Assembly: GCA_034780895.1 (NCBI GenBank)
Contig: JAUZTB010000083.1
Coordinates: forward strand, 9,275,556 to 9,339,555
Direction of reading: 5' to 3'
Source of the DNA: Rhynchobatus australiae
Taxonomy: Eukaryota
DNA length: 64,000 nucleotides
Shown: piece by piece, positions 47,476-61,700 of the stretch
Position numbering within the stretch: the first letter of the stretch is position 1
Layout of the letters: each line of letters opens with the position of its first letter
The notes under the pieces: model-generated
Told to the model about the DNA's origin: nothing
Database searches by the model: none
The model's input: only the letters and a program-made list of their open reading frames with translations
Made by a program: the position numbers and the translations under genes

Positions 47476-50400
47476 GTTTGCTGATGAAGATGCTGCCTTT
47501 AATATTAACAGGTGTTTACCACAGTCCTACACAAGTTGATAAGGAAAGTAAGAGCTCATGATATCTAAGGGTACATGATTAGTTGAATTAAAAAAATTGC
47601 TCAACTGGAGAAAGCAAAGGGATGTGGTCAATGAGTTTGTGATTAGAGGAGTTAATGCAGTGGGTTTCTGCAGATCCCTGTCTGTGATATCAGTGACTCT
47701 GACTTTACATAGAACATTACAGCACAGTACAGGCCCTTTGGCCACAATGTCATGCTGACATCTGGGCCATGATTAAGAAGTTTGCTGATCCCAAAACTGA
47801 CAATGTGGTTGCTGGAGGGAAAACATTCAAGCTGCAAGATGTCAATGAACTGGTTTCATGGACATAAGTGGCAAATGAAAATTGCTCTTTAGAAGTAAGG
47901 TCATTCATTTGGGAAGAGCATTCAAGGGAGAGGACAGAAATGGTGGGAGACTGACATGCTAAATTTAATCACTCCACTTTTGGCAGACTGCATCAAAACT
48001 CCAGAACTCCCTTTTTGCCAACACCCCTCACCATTGACTCTTTCCCCCATTTAGTATATCCCTCCCTGAAAGCCCAGTTCCCTGACCGAGTTTTTGATAA
48101 TCTATTCTGTCTCCTTGGGTAACTTTGTATGCACTTGTTTGTGAAATTTCTTGGAATGTTTTACTACCGTTGGAAATACAACAGCTTAGTTGAAGGATAA
48201 ATACCGACCAGAACACTAGGGGAACTTCTTTTGCCTTCAGGATCGTGTAGGGTCTTTCATGTGCACCCTGTGAAGGGAGACAGACACTTTAACATCTTGT
48301 CCAATGGTGGTATTAGAGAATTCCATGTAACACATTCAAACACAGAAATGACAGCCATTTGTTTTACGATCATCCGATTGAGTATTGGCACAGAACTGCA
48401 ACACGAATAGTCCTGGTTGTGGCTTGAAAGTGCTGTTGACGATTTATTTGTTTCTGGGATCTGGACATTAATTTATTGCCTATTCCACAATGACCTGGAG
48501 AAGAGTTGCAGCCTTGAATTTCTGACCTTCTGATGCAGCAGCCTGTTCAGGATTTGGATGCTGTTTTGAAGTGGGCTGATACATTTCCAGCTTGGTGGTG
48601 TTAGATAGAAACATGCAATGGTGGTTTTCCCCTGTGCTTGAATCCTTTGTCCTTGGTGGCTGAAGTAGTTTAGGTGAGTAATTGCATTTTGTAAAGGGTA
48701 TACATTGCGGGTGCAATTCTGGTGGATGGGTATCCTGGTGATGTCGAGCTTGTTGGATCTCTACTCATCCAGGCAAGTAGGGAGTATTCCATCGCATACC
48801 TGATTTGTCCCTTATAGGTGGTGGAAAGGCTTTAGGATGTCAGGATATGAGTCACCCGCCACAGGATACCCAGGCTAAAACCTGTTTTTGTAGCCACAGT
48901 ATTTGCAGTTAGTCTAGTTGAGTTTCTTGTCAGTGGTGAACTCCAAACTGTTGATGGTGGGATGCTGTGTAACTGCATCGCTGNNNNNNNNNNNNNNNNN
49001 NNNNNNNNNNNNNNNNNNNNNNNNNNNNNNNNNNNNNNNNNNNNNNNNNNNNNNNNNNNNNNNNNNNNNNNNNNNNNNNNNNNNNNNNNNNNNNNNNNNN
49101 NNNNNNNNNNNNNNNNNNNNNNNNNNNNNNNNNNNNNNNNNNNNNNNNNNNNNNNNNNNNNNNNNNNNNNNNNNNNNNNNNNNNNNNNNNNNNNNNNNNN
49201 NNNNNNNNNNNNNNNNNTCTTTGATGAAACAGCTGAAGATATTTGTGCTTATGGTACTGTCCTGAGGAACTCCTGTGGTGATGTCCCGGGACTACAATGA
49301 CTTTATGGATCTGAAACTACAAGTATTTCATGCTCTCATCACCTGAGACAGGGAATGATTGTGAATGATCCACCTGCATAAGTGCAGTCAATGGCATCTT
49401 GGCCCACACCCTGTTTTTCATTGATTTTTGCAGTTCCTTTTAAAGCTGCTGTGTCCAGACCATAAAATACAAACCAGTGGCAAAACCATTGACTACTTCA
49501 TTTAGCAATGCAAAATGAGTCATTGTGCCCTCACTGGTGACATCTGTTTTGATTTCATTGAATGTGTTATCTTGTTGCTTAGCTTGTGTCTAGTGCTACT
49601 ATTCTGAGCCTGCCTGAATATTTGATTAGAAAAATACTTAATCACACATGCATGAGTGTAAGAAGGCTGGTTCTGAACCACCGGTTCTGGCTGAAGGTGT
49701 GGATCTTTGCAGATTTTTAATTACAATATTCTCTTTATTGCTGACATCACAGATGCAATCTTCCTTTTGATCCAAATTTGAATTAAGCACCTTTTTTGCA
49801 GTGGATGGTGGGGTGGCAGAGAGGACTGTATTCTCAGGTGAATGTTGTGTTGTGCCAGGAGATTCTCGGGCAGTTGGGGTTCAATGTGAGGAAGTGTAAC
49901 CTAAACTTGAGAAATCTGGTCAGTAAATTTTCTAAATGGTGAACATTTAGGATCTATGGGTAAGTAGAGAAATTTGGACTTCTGCACATCTCTAAAGTCA
50001 TGGGGACCCAGATGGATGAAATGCACAGTCTGAAGATTGAGAGACCTAAAGGATTGAAGGTGGAGAAACTCTCGCTGCAGAAGTCTGGAAGTAGATATTC
50101 CCTTTGAATTAGAGCTGGGCCATTCACTGTTAATGTTTTACATAACAGTAATGTTAAACCACAAGTTTTTTTTCTCTTTCCCATTCCCATCTCCAATAGG
50201 TTGAGGTTGGAAGTTCCACAGTTTCAAAGCTCAAATTTACTGACGTNNNNNNNNNNNNNNNNNNNNNNNNNNNNNNNNNNNNNNNNNNNNNNNNNNNNNN
50301 NNNNNNNNNNNNNNNNNNNNNNNNNNNNNNNNNNNNNNNNNNNNNNNNNNNNNNNNNNNNNNNNNNNNNNNNNNNNNNNNNNNNNNNNNNNNNNNNNNNN

Positions 50401-53400
50401 NNNNNNNNNNNNNNNNNNNNNNNNNNNNNNNNNNNNNNNNNNNNNNNNNNNNNNNNNNNNNNNNNNNNNNNNNNNNNNNNNNNNNNNNNNTTGACTATCT
50501 GAAGAGGGGGTAAGAGTGGGAGTGTGGACAGGGTTTCTGCCGTTTTGTTCTGCAGTTTAACTGGGAGATCCCTGCCGAACAACACTGGAAAGCCGGAAAA
50601 ATCAGCTCCAAAGTTCCTCTAGAAAGTTGCTCCAGGTGCAGGTGCCAGTCTGGAACTGAGGTTTGATATGATGTAGATATTCTAGCTCCAGTGTCATCTT
50701 TCTACCAAGTAGTGTAGCTGGTGGCTGAGGACAGCATCGGGCTTGCACTGAAGCTCTCTGGCTGCAGCAGTTGCTGTTCAGGCTCTTGGGCAAATGGGAT
50801 GCCAGAGGCTGTCTGGCACTTGTAGAAACTGCATTGCTGCCTTTGTGGTCTTGCTTGGGTAAGGGAGAATGTTGTTGAAGAGATCCTGACGCCTGTCCCC
50901 ATTAAACTGTCTGGATTTTAGTTGGCATCTCTGTGGGTGTGTCGTGCATGGGGTCTGATCCCTGACAAGTTTACTTCAGTAGTGTGGGTTATGTTCTTGC
51001 TGATTTTAGTCTAAGTTCTATTTTATTTTGGATTTACATTAATGGACAAACATGAAAACATTGTGACAGTGACATGGATTGTACAGTGATCCAACATGAA
51101 CCGCATTAAAGCAGCAAAGTTCTGTCTTGTATAGTGATGTGCTTCAGATGGTATTACGATAGTCTGCTGCTAGTAACTGGAATGCTCCCAGCACTCGCTG
51201 CTTGAATGCATCAGTCATTCTGGCCTTCGGTAACGGTCACGTTCTGAGGATACTGGCTTCCCCACTACCTCAACCATGACTTAATAGGGCTTCTAAGTGT
51301 GCCAGCGTGGCATTTATTAACTTCACCAGCACTAAGGGTTACATTAAGAGTGGTTTGCACAGATTGGGCTTGAATGCCTTTGAAAATAAAAGCTTGATGG
51401 GATAAGTTATTTTTCCTGGTGGGAGGAGTCCAAAACATGGTAGAGCCAAGCAGTTTGAGGGCAATGTCAGGAAGGATTTGGTAGAGGTGGAACTCTGGAA
51501 CACTGCATCTTACCGAAAGATTGTTGGGAAAACATCAAATTTCATGTCATGTCACTGATAATAAATCTGATTCTGAAAGTTGGGGAGATTCAAAACTCAG
51601 ATTTTTGTTGGGCAAGGGTATTGAGAGAAGTGGGACAGAGGTTGAGATAAAATGCAGGTCAGCTGCTGTAACTGGTGGGGAAGGCTGAAGGCATGGTATG
51701 GCTGCCAACTGTTTGCTGCAGGACAGGGAAAATGTACCAGAGGGATGTTCAAACCCAGACCTATGTACTGAATATATCGTGCTATTTCCATGTCAAGCTG
51801 CCACGTTTAAGTACAATGAAAGTGGTTTTCTCCTCCCTGTGTGCCAGTGAAACCTAGTACTTGTGCCTCAAGCTTCATCTCTGTGGAGGCTCCTGGGCAT
51901 GATTCATCCTGTACTTTTGCCCAGTATTGTAGCTAAAGGTTTGCATTCCAAGTTAGTTGGTCTGTGGTACAGGCTGTTCCCAAGCTGAGCCTCGTTTAAT
52001 TCAGTAAAAATGAATTTTGTCCATCTGATACACATCTGGTTAGATGCTTTTTGTTAGCTTGTACAAAGTTTTGCAGAGCATTGATCCCATCTGTGAAGTG
52101 TAGGATAGAGAACTAATCTCTTAATTGAGCATTGAAAGAATTGAAGATGCTCCTGAGTCCCCTGGAGAATGAAAAGCTTCTCCAATTGGGGTTTTTGGAA
52201 ACTAATAATCCTTTTCAAATTGCAGAAATGACGTGGCCTTGGTCTTGCCCTTTTGTCCTCTGCCTATTCCAAAACCTCTGTACAAGTTGTGAGAGAGAAC
52301 CTGGACTCTGACTTTTAAAAATGGATGTATAATTTTTAATGCAATAAATTGGAAGTCTCTCATCTGGAGAAATGACTTTGGTATGAGCTTGGAAAAAAAA
52401 TCATCTGCTGCTGTGATCATTGTCCTACCAGCAATAAGCCGTTGACTGTGTTACCTTGACTGTCATGTTAGTAAGCAGATCAGAATTTACTAGTGAACCC
52501 TACCAAGAAAACTAGTGCCCAGAAAACAAGTTGGGTTATCAGCCATCTCAAACTACTCGCCTGCCTGCCTGCTGGGCATCTCCAGCTCCATGAAGAATGA
52601 TCAGTTCCCTGATCAGCCACCTCTGACCCACATGGTTGAGCAATTCATCCTCTGTTTTAAGGGACTGCCTANNNNNNNNNNNNNNNNNNNNNNNNNNNNN
52701 NNNNNNNNNNNNNNNNNNNNNNNNNNNNNNNNNNNNNNNNNNNNNNNNNNNNNNNNNNNNNNNNNNNNNNNNNNNNNNNNNNNNNNNNNNNNNNNNNNNN
52801 NNNNNNNNNNNNNNNNNNNNNNNNNNNNNNNNNNNNNNNNNNNNNNNNNNNNNNNNNNNNNNNNNNNNNNNNNNNNNNNNNNNNNNNNNNNNNNNNNNNN
52901 NNNNNNNNNNNNNNNNNNNNNNNNNNNNNNNNNNNNNNNNNNNNNNNNNNNNNNNNNNNAGATGTATAAATGTGCCAGTATAATGAGTAGCTTTTCAGTA
53001 ATTATTGAATGAAAGATCTGCTGTGCTCACACAGATGAGCAAGATTTGTCCATCCTCATCCCACTTCCCAGCTCTGTGGACTGCTGTTGATCATCGCCCT
53101 GGAAGGATTCTTCAAATGCTCATTTGGGTATATGTTAAGTGTTGAGGGTTTCTGCCTCCACTCATTCAGGCAGTGATTTTTAGCTTCTACCACTATAACA
53201 ACATATTATTCTTGTACCTTAATCCAAGTCACTTTATTAATATCTTGATCAAATCTCCCCCATCTCATTCGGTCCAAAGAACTACCTGATCCTGACTGAT
53301 CTTTCTTGACTAAAATTCTTGGGCCAGCCCACATGGTTGTCACAATCCAGTTCAGTCGCACCTTTTGTGAAATGCGGTGACCAGAACTCTTACCAACTGA

Positions 53401-54419
53401 CCCAGATCTATGCTCTAGCTGTAGTCCAATTAGAAGTTTATTCTGTTACAGCATTGCCTCTTTGCTCTTGTAAGCTTTGTCATTGCTAATAAGAGTATCC
53501 CATAGGGCTTAATCCTTGGGACTAAATTTACTAAGTTAGTGCACGTTTACTAAAATGTTTGCAATGTGCAGGAAAGGTTGTGTGCCACATCAAACTCCAA
53601 AAAATTCACTGTCTGAAGTACTGAAATAGTTTTCTTTGCTGTCTTGAAAGGATGAAATTTCTAAACTACATGATCAAAATCAATTGTGCTGAATGATGTG
53701 TTTACATGATGGTATCAGCTTACAACTGATCTGTCACAAAGATTTATTACTTTACGTCCCAAAATGGTTATGATTCTTTCAGTAATTGTATATTTTACCG
53801 TGCTCTGGGCCTCTTTCATCCTGCCTTAAAGGAGAGCTCAAACTTTGATACCAGTCTGGCTCGTGAAAACCCAGAAGCAAACTTCTGCTTTGTCCTTTGT
53901 GAATTTGTCTGGTCATTTGTGGTCCAGACGTGGTGTTAGTGAAAAAGGAGAGCTGAAAGGTGTGATTGGAAGCATGGGAGTTAATGTGACTGAATTTGCA
54001 TTACTTGTCACAGTCATGGAGAGAGAATGGAACTAGGCCCTTCAGCCAGACTCCCCATTGACCATCAACCTCTCACTTACACTAATCCTGCATTAAACCC
54101 CTTTTTATTCCCACATACATATCAACACCCGCCCCCCCCCATCTAATTCTACCACTCACACCCCCAGGGACAATTTACAGTGACCAATTAACCTATAACA
54201 CACACATCTTTGAGATGTGGGGAGGGAAAATCGGCACCCAAAGGAAATGCAAACTCTAGACAGAGGTCAGGAGTGAACCTGGAGAAGTCTCTGGTGCTGG
54301 GGGCAGCAGCTCTGTTAGTTGCTCCACTGTGCCCCTGCCCCCCCCCCCCATAGAATGAATCCTCGGTGCTTCATTGGCCTTCTGAATTCCCTGTGACAAG
54401 CCATGAGTGCCTTGCCCTC

Positions 54420-55700
54420 TTAATGTATGAGATGTGCCAGGGCCCCTCAGATGCAGTAATTACGACCATCTTTAAGAAAGACAAATATGGCTTAAAAGTT
54501 GTCAACCAGCTCTTCCCATGGCTGAAGGACAACATAACCTTCATGTGTCAACCAAGAGAAATGCTGGGAACAGCCTTTCTGGACCCCTCAAAGTCCTTAA
54601 GTTCATCATTTGGGAGGGAGGAAGGGTACATCCTTCTCAGATTTGGCTGCCTGCAAATTTGTTTCCATCTTGCATAATGGGCCCACAGTCTTGGTGCAGC
54701 TGGTGTGGAGTAAGGTCGTGGTATTGGCCCGACATTTTACTGCAATGCACCTCATTTCCTACGTGCTTCTGTTTGAGTGAGCTGCTACAGAACCAAAGGC
54801 AGATTCTTCAGCTTGCATTGTTTCCACTCCAGATCCAACATTGCCCCACCTTCAGTCTTCAAGTTGCAGTACACAGCACTTGTGTATGTGTGTGCTTAGA
54901 GGTTGAGCTGCAAGCCATTTGTTCAAAAGAGTGGATGGATTATATTTAAAATCCACTAAAAAAAATCCTCTAGCAACCTGTCCCAGAGTACAACACTACC
55001 CCCAACAATGAAGGTACACAATGAGACCTGGAAAATGTGGACCATTTCCCTATTCCCTTAAATGAAGATAGACATTGAAATTCACTGCCACTTTCAAAGT
55101 GGCTGCAAACCTTTGGCTGATTGAGGAAAACGATGTTTTAAAATCTCAGACCCAACTGAAAGCAAATGGTCTACCAGATGGCAGTGATTCCTGGCCCCTT
55201 GTCTGCTTCTGAGATGTGGATGACTTGCTGCAGGCATCTTAAAGGTTACTATTAGTGCTGGCTATGCAAATTCACTGATCGATAAATCCTGCCCCAGACC
55301 AGCAGAAACCAGCACGAGGTAGTAATTAGTCAACTCTGGACAGGTCACATCTTTCACATATCCAACACCAGATTCCTGAAACCTGGACAATCCACTCTCA
55401 GCTCTGTTGCAGCATGAGACTACCAAGCGATTAGAGAAAACGATTTCAAAGATGATTTGACCTTAAACTTCTAGGGATCCCTAGCCCATAACCACTCAAA
55501 ATGAAGAAGGGCATTGGGTGGCATTGCAAACCTTGAGTCCATTCATCAGGAGTACCAGCCCAGTGGAAGGAGTGCACCAGGTTCAAAGCTGCCTTCTGTG
55601 GCCAAGTCTGTGGGCCCCACATTGGCCTCGTCTGCCACCTCAGAACCCACATAACTGGAGTGAAGTCGCTCTGAATCTAAGCAACTGCCTAAGAAGTGAA
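54420..55700 (+). mobile_element. Decayed RTE-clade LINE
   Basis: Remnant motifs TIFKK, ELQAI, LENVDHFPY, KRFKD and terminal zinc-finger-like CGQVCGPHIGLVCHLRTH (55597-55650), with many frameshifts. Confidence 0.7.
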
Positions 55701-58700
55701 AAACTAAAAGCTTGTCTGAGTCTGCTGTAAATTACTCTCTCAGCCCAGTACTTGTTATATAATGAAATTATTTAATCTCCATTGAGTGACTGCAGATTCC
55801 CACTGTCCATTAAAACAGTGCATGGCTAGCACTGAGTGTGTTAACGTCTGATTAGGAGTCTTAGCTTTCCGACATTTGTCAGACAAAGATGAATCAAATT
55901 CCTCCCCTTGTTGGATGACTTGAGGTTTCTGCTAGTTTTTGAACTGTGCCTTGTTGACACTGTATTTGGCAGCAGTGACTATTGTAGCAAAACACCCAGA
56001 GGCATTTCACAGGAAAATCATCAAACAAAAATTGGTGCTAAGCCAAGCTTGGTCAAAGTAGAATCTTAAGAGGGCATTGAGGATTTGTGAATGAAATTCC
56101 AGAGATTGAAACCTTGGCAGCTGAAGGCAAGGCCACCAATGGTGAAATGAAGAAAGTTGCTAATGTGTCAGGTGGCAAAAATTAGAGCGCAGGTATCTTT
56201 TGAGAATTGAAGGCCTAGAAATGGGGCCAGGAAGTGAACCTGTGAAAGAATCTGGAAACAAGGAGAAGAATTTCAAAATGGTGATGCTGCAGGCACAGGG
56301 CAATGGATCAATGGGAGTCGATGCAAGCTAGGGCATGAGAAGCAGGTTTGGATGAACTTGTGTGTAGGGTGGAAGATGAGTAACCAGTGAGACGAGTTGA
56401 AATAAGTAGTTATAATGACGTGGCTGTAAAACTAAAGGTGAAAGTGGCAGTGGTGGCTCACAGCTTTTGTTAGATAGCCCTATCTGTGTAGAATTGGCTT
56501 AACCGAGAGGGATATTCCCTAATTTACCATCGGCTCAGCAAAATCATGGGCCATAGTGAATGGGTTTGTCATATGGTAGGTGGAAGAGTTCCTTTAACCT
56601 TTAGCAGCTAGTTTTCAGATCCAGCCCAATTCTGAAGAAGGATCTTGGATCTGAAATGTTAACCGTTTCCCTTTCCACAGAGGGTGCCTGACCAGAGTTT
56701 CCAGCATGTTCTGTTTTTAGTGAGCCTGCTTTTATAACTATTTACTGGCTCGTGGTCTGAACTAATTGGATTAATAGATTTGATGTTGTGCAGCAAGAAT
56801 GATAAAATTGTTTTTCTGTTGTGTTTTTGTTGCTTGGTGGAATAATCGGAGGGAATTTCTGGGTGTTGGTGTGGAGTGTTTGCAGTACAGCAGCTACAAA
56901 AATGCCTGGATTAGTGGAGGAAATGTTCGTTCTGAGTGTTACGTTTAACTTGGTCTGCTGAGCATAGGAAGCAGTAATGTTGTTCAAGTATTTTGACCCC
57001 AGAGTTGTTTGTTCCCATGGCTAGCATGAGTGACAATAGCAGGAGTTATCAGGGGAGACTGCTCGATGCCAGCTGAGGTAGTGTTAGTGCACCGTGTGGT
57101 ATTGGAATGCTGGTGGGGGAGGGCTGTGTGCAGCAGAATACTGTGAAATTCGATCCCTGTATTTTGTCAGCTTTAAAGAAAACTCCATACTTGAAATGAC
57201 CGCGGAGTTTGCAAAAGGGCACGGGCTGAGTGGTGCAAGTAAGCAATCCCTAATAAGGATTTGTCACAGATCCTGGCATCTGCAGCCCCTCTGGTAAGAT
57301 TACCTCTGAGTCGTGTCCGGTTGATAATTCATCAGTGACAGTCACAGGTGACTTGAGCTGCTAAAAATGCCTAGTCCTTCCTTCAGTACACCCATGTTAC
57401 TGGGTTTGCATCCCTGTGTAGCAGCTTGTAGACTTGGGCAAGTGAGCTTTGCTGAGGATCTTTCTTATTTCCTATTCTTTGAACAGTATATACTACTTGG
57501 TGGTAAGAGGCAGTTGTCAACAATGGAGCAATTAAAATTAGGGATATGCAAGTGTCCAGAATTTGAGGATTACAGATCTTGAAGGCTGGTGAGACATGTC
57601 AAGGGAGAATGACGGGGATGAAGAGGGCCATGTGAGATCTGGAAACAATCATAAGAATTTTTAAAAAATCTAAGGGTTACCCAGACCAAGGTCCGATATG
57701 TGATCATTGGGGCAATGAATGAATGGGACTTTCTGTAATGGCTCTTTCTTGGAGGCTGGCCAAGAGGCTTTTGGAATAGTGCATCTACGGGCCCCTGAGG
57801 CACAATTGATGTTTACAGTAGTAGCTGGGCTATGACAGGGGTACAGTGGAAAGTGTACCAGAGGTTAGGGCATCTAACATACTGAGTTAGAAACTCAACA
57901 AACAAGATGCTGAGTTTTAGAAAAAGTTCACTGGACAGTGTAATAATAGGGAGTTTGTAATGGGGTTTGAAATGTTTTTGTTAGAAACTCTTCATAAGCA
58001 GAACAACATCTGTAGAAAGANNNNNNNNNNNNNNNNNNNNNNNNNNNNNNNNNNNNNNNNNNNNNNNNNNNNNNNNNNNNNNNNNNNNNNNNNNNNNNNN
58101 NNNNNNNNNNNNNNNNNNNNTGGCCTCTTGATAATTCCAATTCTATATGTTTCATCATTGGTCGTACCTTCATGGCCTACAAGTAGTTTACAGTATTAAA
58201 TGCTAAACAAATGCAAACTGTTGCCTCGATCGGGTGGTTTAATGTTAAAAGAAAATCTGTTTTTCCATTGAATTTCTTCCTTTTTCCTTCCTATCTTTAA
58301 GACATTTATTTTGATCGCTTCCTTGTATGGTGTAGTGTAATTTTCTAATTTATTTCTGGAGATCTAGGTGTCATGGACAAAGCCAGCATTTGTCCTTCTC
58401 TGACTGCACTTGGGAAGGTAGAGAGCTGTCTTCTTGATCTCCCGTAGTCCTATCGAGCAGGATTTAGACCCAGTGATGTATTTCCAACACAGACTGGTGT
58501 GTGACTTGGGGAACCCGCAGGTGGTGGTGGTGTTCCCATGCTGGCATTGTCCTCAGTGGTAGAGGTCATGGGTTTGGGAGGTGCTGGGCAAGTAACTCCA
58601 GTGTGTTTTGTAAATGAGGCAGCTGCAATCAGTGTGCCAGTGGTGGAGGAAATAGGTGGTTAGAGTGGTGGACAGCAACTCAATCAAGTAGGTTTCTTTT

Positions 58701-61700
58701 GTTCTGGATGATGCCGAGTTGTTTGACTTGGAGTTGCACTCATCCAGGCAAATTTATCACCTTCCTGATGCACCTTATCTTCTAAAGCTCCTATAAAGTG
58801 CCTCTGAATAGTTTACTGCATTAAATGCTAAACAGTTGCAAATTTGTGGCCTGATTGGGTGGTTTAATGTGTTAAAAGGAAGCAACAAATCTGTTGGATT
58901 CGATCATCTGCAGTCTCTTGTTGAAAGGAAATATGCTATTCTCAATGTTTTGAAGTTCCTCTCTTTCTCCTCCCCCCACCCCTCCATGAACCCCAAACTA
59001 AACCTAGACTTTAAAGAATGTTGGCAGGTTGTGTGGTGTGCTATCCTGTTATAGCAGGTGTTTTGCCACTGGAATGGTTCATTTGGTATTTAAGGAGCAA
59101 AGGATGCTGATATTCCCAAGGGTCAAAATACCTTGAATGTAAGGTGACATCACATCTTAACATCATGGCAGTGATTTATTACAGCTGCTGCACTCGAGTT
59201 CTGGATATATCCTCTGTGAAAGCTTTGAATCTTTGGGCTCCTGCTGGGAGCCAGAGGCACCATGAACTGGGGAAGTGCATGTAGTTGGAGTCCAGATCTG
59301 GGCTTTGGTCCTGGTAATTGGATGGATATTAATGTTTTCTTGCTGATTATTATGGCTCCTTTAAAAATATTACGTGGGTGTAGCTCTTACTGGACCAATG
59401 AGCAATGTAATTGAGGGCTTTATAGAAGTTGTAGACCTAGAGCATACGGTTCAAAAACATTTTGGGACATTGGTAGAAAAGACTTAAGGCACAACCAGAA
59501 CCTTTGAACAGGGAGCTACTGAAATGGAGATTTGGTGATGCTGTGAAATGGCTGAAAGGGGTTCGGAGGAAGGGGTTTATCTGAAGAACAAAGAAATAGA
59601 ATGGAGTGTATTATTAGGAACTGCGTCTATATTGATGAGGTGAAGCGTATAGTTTGAAATGGAGATCTGCAGTTGTCCAAGACTCCTCTGAAGTTTTTGG
59701 TATTGGCAGTGCACAGTTGGATGCATCCTCTTGANNNNNNNNNNGTCATAAATGTTAAAGCATCAATACAAATCTCATTCTGCTTGAAACAGCCAAGTTA
59801 ATGGTCATTTTTGTGTAATGGGGCTCTTTCTGCATTGGAAGACGTGTTGGCTTATTACTGCCAGCTTTGAGATCCTGATTTGGTGTGCATGTGATTCCAG
59901 GTCCCCAGAATTGTGGTTAACTCTCAGCTTCCTTCTGAAATAATCCAGTTAGTTGCTCTGTTCAAAGGCAGTTAGGAACAGGCACTAAATGTTGTCCTTG
60001 CCACTGATGCCTACCTCCATTAAATACCAAATAACCCAATAATGCTTTGGGTTACTATTGGTGAGATGAATAATGAGCTGAAGGATGAAATGTGAGAATT
60101 AAGCTGTTAATCCATTTGAACCGGTGGAAAATCCAACCTTGCAAGATGAGACCTTTCTCAATATGTCCCTTTTGCAGTTTTGATCACCCAATGAAATATG
60201 GGGGACATGGCAGCTGTTTACTACAATGTTGAAGAATATTTTCTGTCCACCAGAGATGACATGCAGGCCCCCTTTTTTAAGTCTTTCCAATAGATGGCTC
60301 CTGTATCAGTGCATCACTCCAGGTAGTGCAGCAGCATTCCTTGGACCTGGGCTCAGAACCTCCTGTGAGATGAACACCAAACCGAGAGCAGATCTGCTGA
60401 AGACCTAAAGTGTTTTTGGGAAAAAAAAGAGGCTATGAGTTTGAAATGGTGGCTAGTAGCAGGCTATGCAAATAGTTTTGGGTGAATTGGGCATTCAAAG
60501 AAGTTAAGTAAAAGTGACACATGTATGACCTAATGAAAGAAGAATTTGTATATCATAGGTTTGCTGATGAAATTATCCGTTGAGCTGAAATGAATGCATT
60601 GGCAGCAGATTTGAAATGCTGTCCTGTTTAACATTCCAGAACTACTGAATGACTTTGGCTGTGAGGGTGGATGAGGGTTGGAATGATTTTTCTAGGGAGC
60701 AAGTTGCTAGTTAGCAGAGGGTATAATTTATCCTACATGTTGTGTGGAGGAAGCTATCAACATTATGCAGTGGGTTTGTCCCATGCCTGGGCATTCTTGT
60801 ATAGGAGTCACTTCTTCTTTTGTTACATTTGCATAGCTGGTAGGTGTGCAGGGCTGACTGTGTAGGCACAGTGGTGCAGCAATTAGAACTCCTTACAGCT
60901 CCAGCAACTCGAGTGCAATCCTGACCTCTGTTGTCTCTGTGGAATATGCCTGTGACCTGTGCTTGAGGGCCACAAAATTAGTGGAAAATCCATACAATTC
61001 TCCAATGTCCTGGAGGAAATCTCCTTGATCAGAGTCTGGACCCACCAATGTCGTTGACTCGTACTCTATTCAAAAACAAATGATAGTAGGCACATCAGTG
61101 CTGGAGTTGCTGTGATGTCCAGATCCTGAAAGGTGCAGACATGGTCCACTGGCATTGCTTGTACAAATGGCAATGTGTTTTGGCCTCTGCCCTTGGGCAT
61201 TGGTTCGAAATACCTGGACTTCATGGGGTGGCACAGCTGGTAGAATTGCTGCCTCGTGTCCTCACAACCTGGGTTCAATCCTGACCTGGTGTTCTGGGTA
61301 GCTGTTTCACATTCTCCCTGGAACTATATGGACTTCCTCAGCACACTCTTTCCTCCCACATCTCAAAGAGTATTGGTAGTATAAATTGCCCCTGGTGTGT
61401 AGATGGAGGGAATCGATGGGCATGTGGGGAAGACAGCATGGGATTGGTGTAGATGGGAACGATGCTCAGCATGTATTCTGTGAGCTGAATGGCATCTTTC
61501 CTTGCTCTCTGACTCTATCTCCAGTGGGTTGCATCAGACTGATGATTTGGGAATGTTATGCTCTGTAAAGCCTAGGTTCCAAATAATGTCAAATCATGAC
61601 TTGACTAACCAAATGCAATCAGAGGAACTTTGCAAGCCCTCTCTAACTATGCCTGGAAGAGGCCATGATTTCTTCCATTTTCCTACATCTTTGGCTTTTG

